Origin: Octopus sinensis
Lineage: Eukaryota
Direction: 5' to 3'
Assembly: GCF_006345805.1 (NCBI RefSeq)
Contig: NW_021828324.1
Location: forward strand, 1-8,750
Length of the DNA: 8,750 nucleotides
Within the stretch, counting starts at the first letter, position 1. Every line of letters begins with the position of its first letter. Position numbers and translations under genes: made by a program. The notes below the pieces were generated by a model, which was given only the letters and a program-made list of their open reading frames with translations, had not been told where the DNA came from and made no database searches. Positions 7,400 through 8,750 of the stretch are shown piece by piece.

Positions 7400-7693
7400 T
7401 TTAGATTAATCTTACTTCTGAGAAAACTAACACATAGGAAAATTTACCCCAAAATTGTTACGAAAACCATGATACTAAACCAAACCTTAAAATGTTCATG
7501 GTTCTAAATTCTAAATCCTATATATTTTTGTAATCATAGCTATATTTTTTCTGATCTGGCTCCCAGAGGAAAGGAATTTGAGAAGCCAATTCATTGATTA
7601 ACCATCGCTTAAGTAATTCGTTAATTACTCAGTTTAATTCACATTATGATTTTTTAAAACTTGACACGAGGCTAGCAATTTTAAGGAAAGAGA

Positions 7694-7867
7694 TAAGTCA
7701 ATTATATCGCTTCCAGTGTTAAACTGCTACTTATTTTATCGAAACCCGTAAGGACGAAAGGACGAAAGGTAAAGTCGACCTCAGCGGAATTTGAATTCAG
7801 ATTGTAAAACTGAAAAACAAAAGAAAACCTCCAAGCATTTTCCCTAGTCTGCTAACGATTCTACCAG
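7694..7867 (-). mobile_element. Diverged copy of the same SINE family as 6984-7399
   Basis: Shares aagtcgacctcagcggaatttgaa, aagcattt and gctaacgattctaccag; carries a local 8-bp duplication aaggacga x2. Confidence 0.8.
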
Positions 7868-7910
7868 AAGCGAAATCGTACCAGTACGTCTACATTTATT
7901 GGTAAAACGA

Positions 7911-7934
7911 CCCCCACCCCACCCCACCCCACCC
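7911..7934 (-). repeat. (CCCCA)n pentanucleotide run; G-quadruplex motif on the minus strand
   Basis: cccccaccccaccccaccccaccc gives five G-tracts with 1-nt T loops on the minus strand. Confidence 0.85.
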
Positions 7935-8229
7935 AAGATACGACATACATTTTATATTAACACTGTTATTCATACACACATATATGCTTCCACATTTGTC
8001 ACTAACACCAAAGTAGGGACTAGAGGCGACATCCTTAGTGATTAAATCAGATCAAATGCAGTAAAGTGAGTTGAGTTTGATGATAATGAACTCAAGCATA
8101 TTAGATGGCTTTCAAAAATTGTTAATAACAAGAACTGAAATTTTATGTTTTAAGAAGTACATAAATTGACTCTACAATTCAAATATTGAGTACTTATTTG
8201 TACTATGAAAGGTGCGTCGTTATATGGTC

Positions 8230-8750
8230 GTCTTAATGGTAAAATTTCAATTCCTTGGATGATTAAAAAAGATACTTTGATGAATTCTTTGCCATCAAAC
8301 CACCTCAATTCTGGGAAGAGGTATTTCAGTTAAAGGAAAGATTGACCGCATTGTGCACAAAATGGTTCATATTTGGTTGATTAAAAATGTAATGGCAAGT
8401 ATTTATTGACCTTTTTCTTCCTTTAGAAATCGCAAGAACTTTCCGAACAACTCCATATTATTACTTGTTTTTCTCGTACATTAGTACCATTGGCCGTATA
8501 CATACAAAAATACGAAAATACACACGCTCAATACCATACATATACACGCATATTTTTATACATGCATAAATAAAACAGATATACTTCCAAGGTGCCGACT
8601 TACGCACACAAAAATACCCATACACCCGTTACTTGGTACAATCATTATGTTCTCGTCGCCATTGTTGCACAATAATATCTGTTTCATTTCTCATTTTAGC
8701 AAAAATTCTTTGATGATATCTCATAATGAAACAATCGTTGAAGTAACATG
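8230..8750 (+). repeat. Second copy of 5620-6152 (3' mariner end plus unique flank), running off the window end
   Basis: Collinear from gtcttaatggt to gaagtaacatg at an offset of 2610; about 95% identical, with differences dominated by 1-bp indels. Confidence 0.95.

Noticed and set aside
7612-7629. agtaatt-cgtt-aattact 7-bp hairpin or paired TAAT sites
   Set aside because: Short AT-rich palindromes are common by chance and there is no supporting context.
3262-8049. 13-mer agtgattaaatca at 3262-3274 and 8037-8049
   Set aside because: One 13-bp match is expected by chance in 8.75 kb of AT-rich DNA; flanks are unrelated.

Overview
AT-rich, repeat-dense eukaryotic non-coding DNA (intergenic or intronic) with no intact protein-coding gene. 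The SINE families and microsatellite load look like an octopus/coleoid cephalopod genome; this is from recall, not a database search. All listed ORFs are microsatellite or repeat translations, except 5470-5658, which begins with the N-terminus of a mariner transposase. Contents: a hAT-like MITE (426-782); at least seven tRNA-derived SINE copies or fragments from two groups, including a TSD-flanked dimer and inverted pairs; an internally deleted mariner with TIRs and TA target duplications (5288-5854); many micro- and minisatellites; and an indel-rich second copy of 5620-6152 at 8230-8750, probably an assembly artefact. The most interesting signal is two tandem, same-strand, type I hammerhead-ribozyme motifs (2146-2227 and 2619-2705). 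Both have minimal palindromic stem III and unusually long stem II, and each sits in a microsatellite-bounded unit that opens with the same 38-bp sequence. This resembles Penelope-like or retrozyme pLTR remnants.
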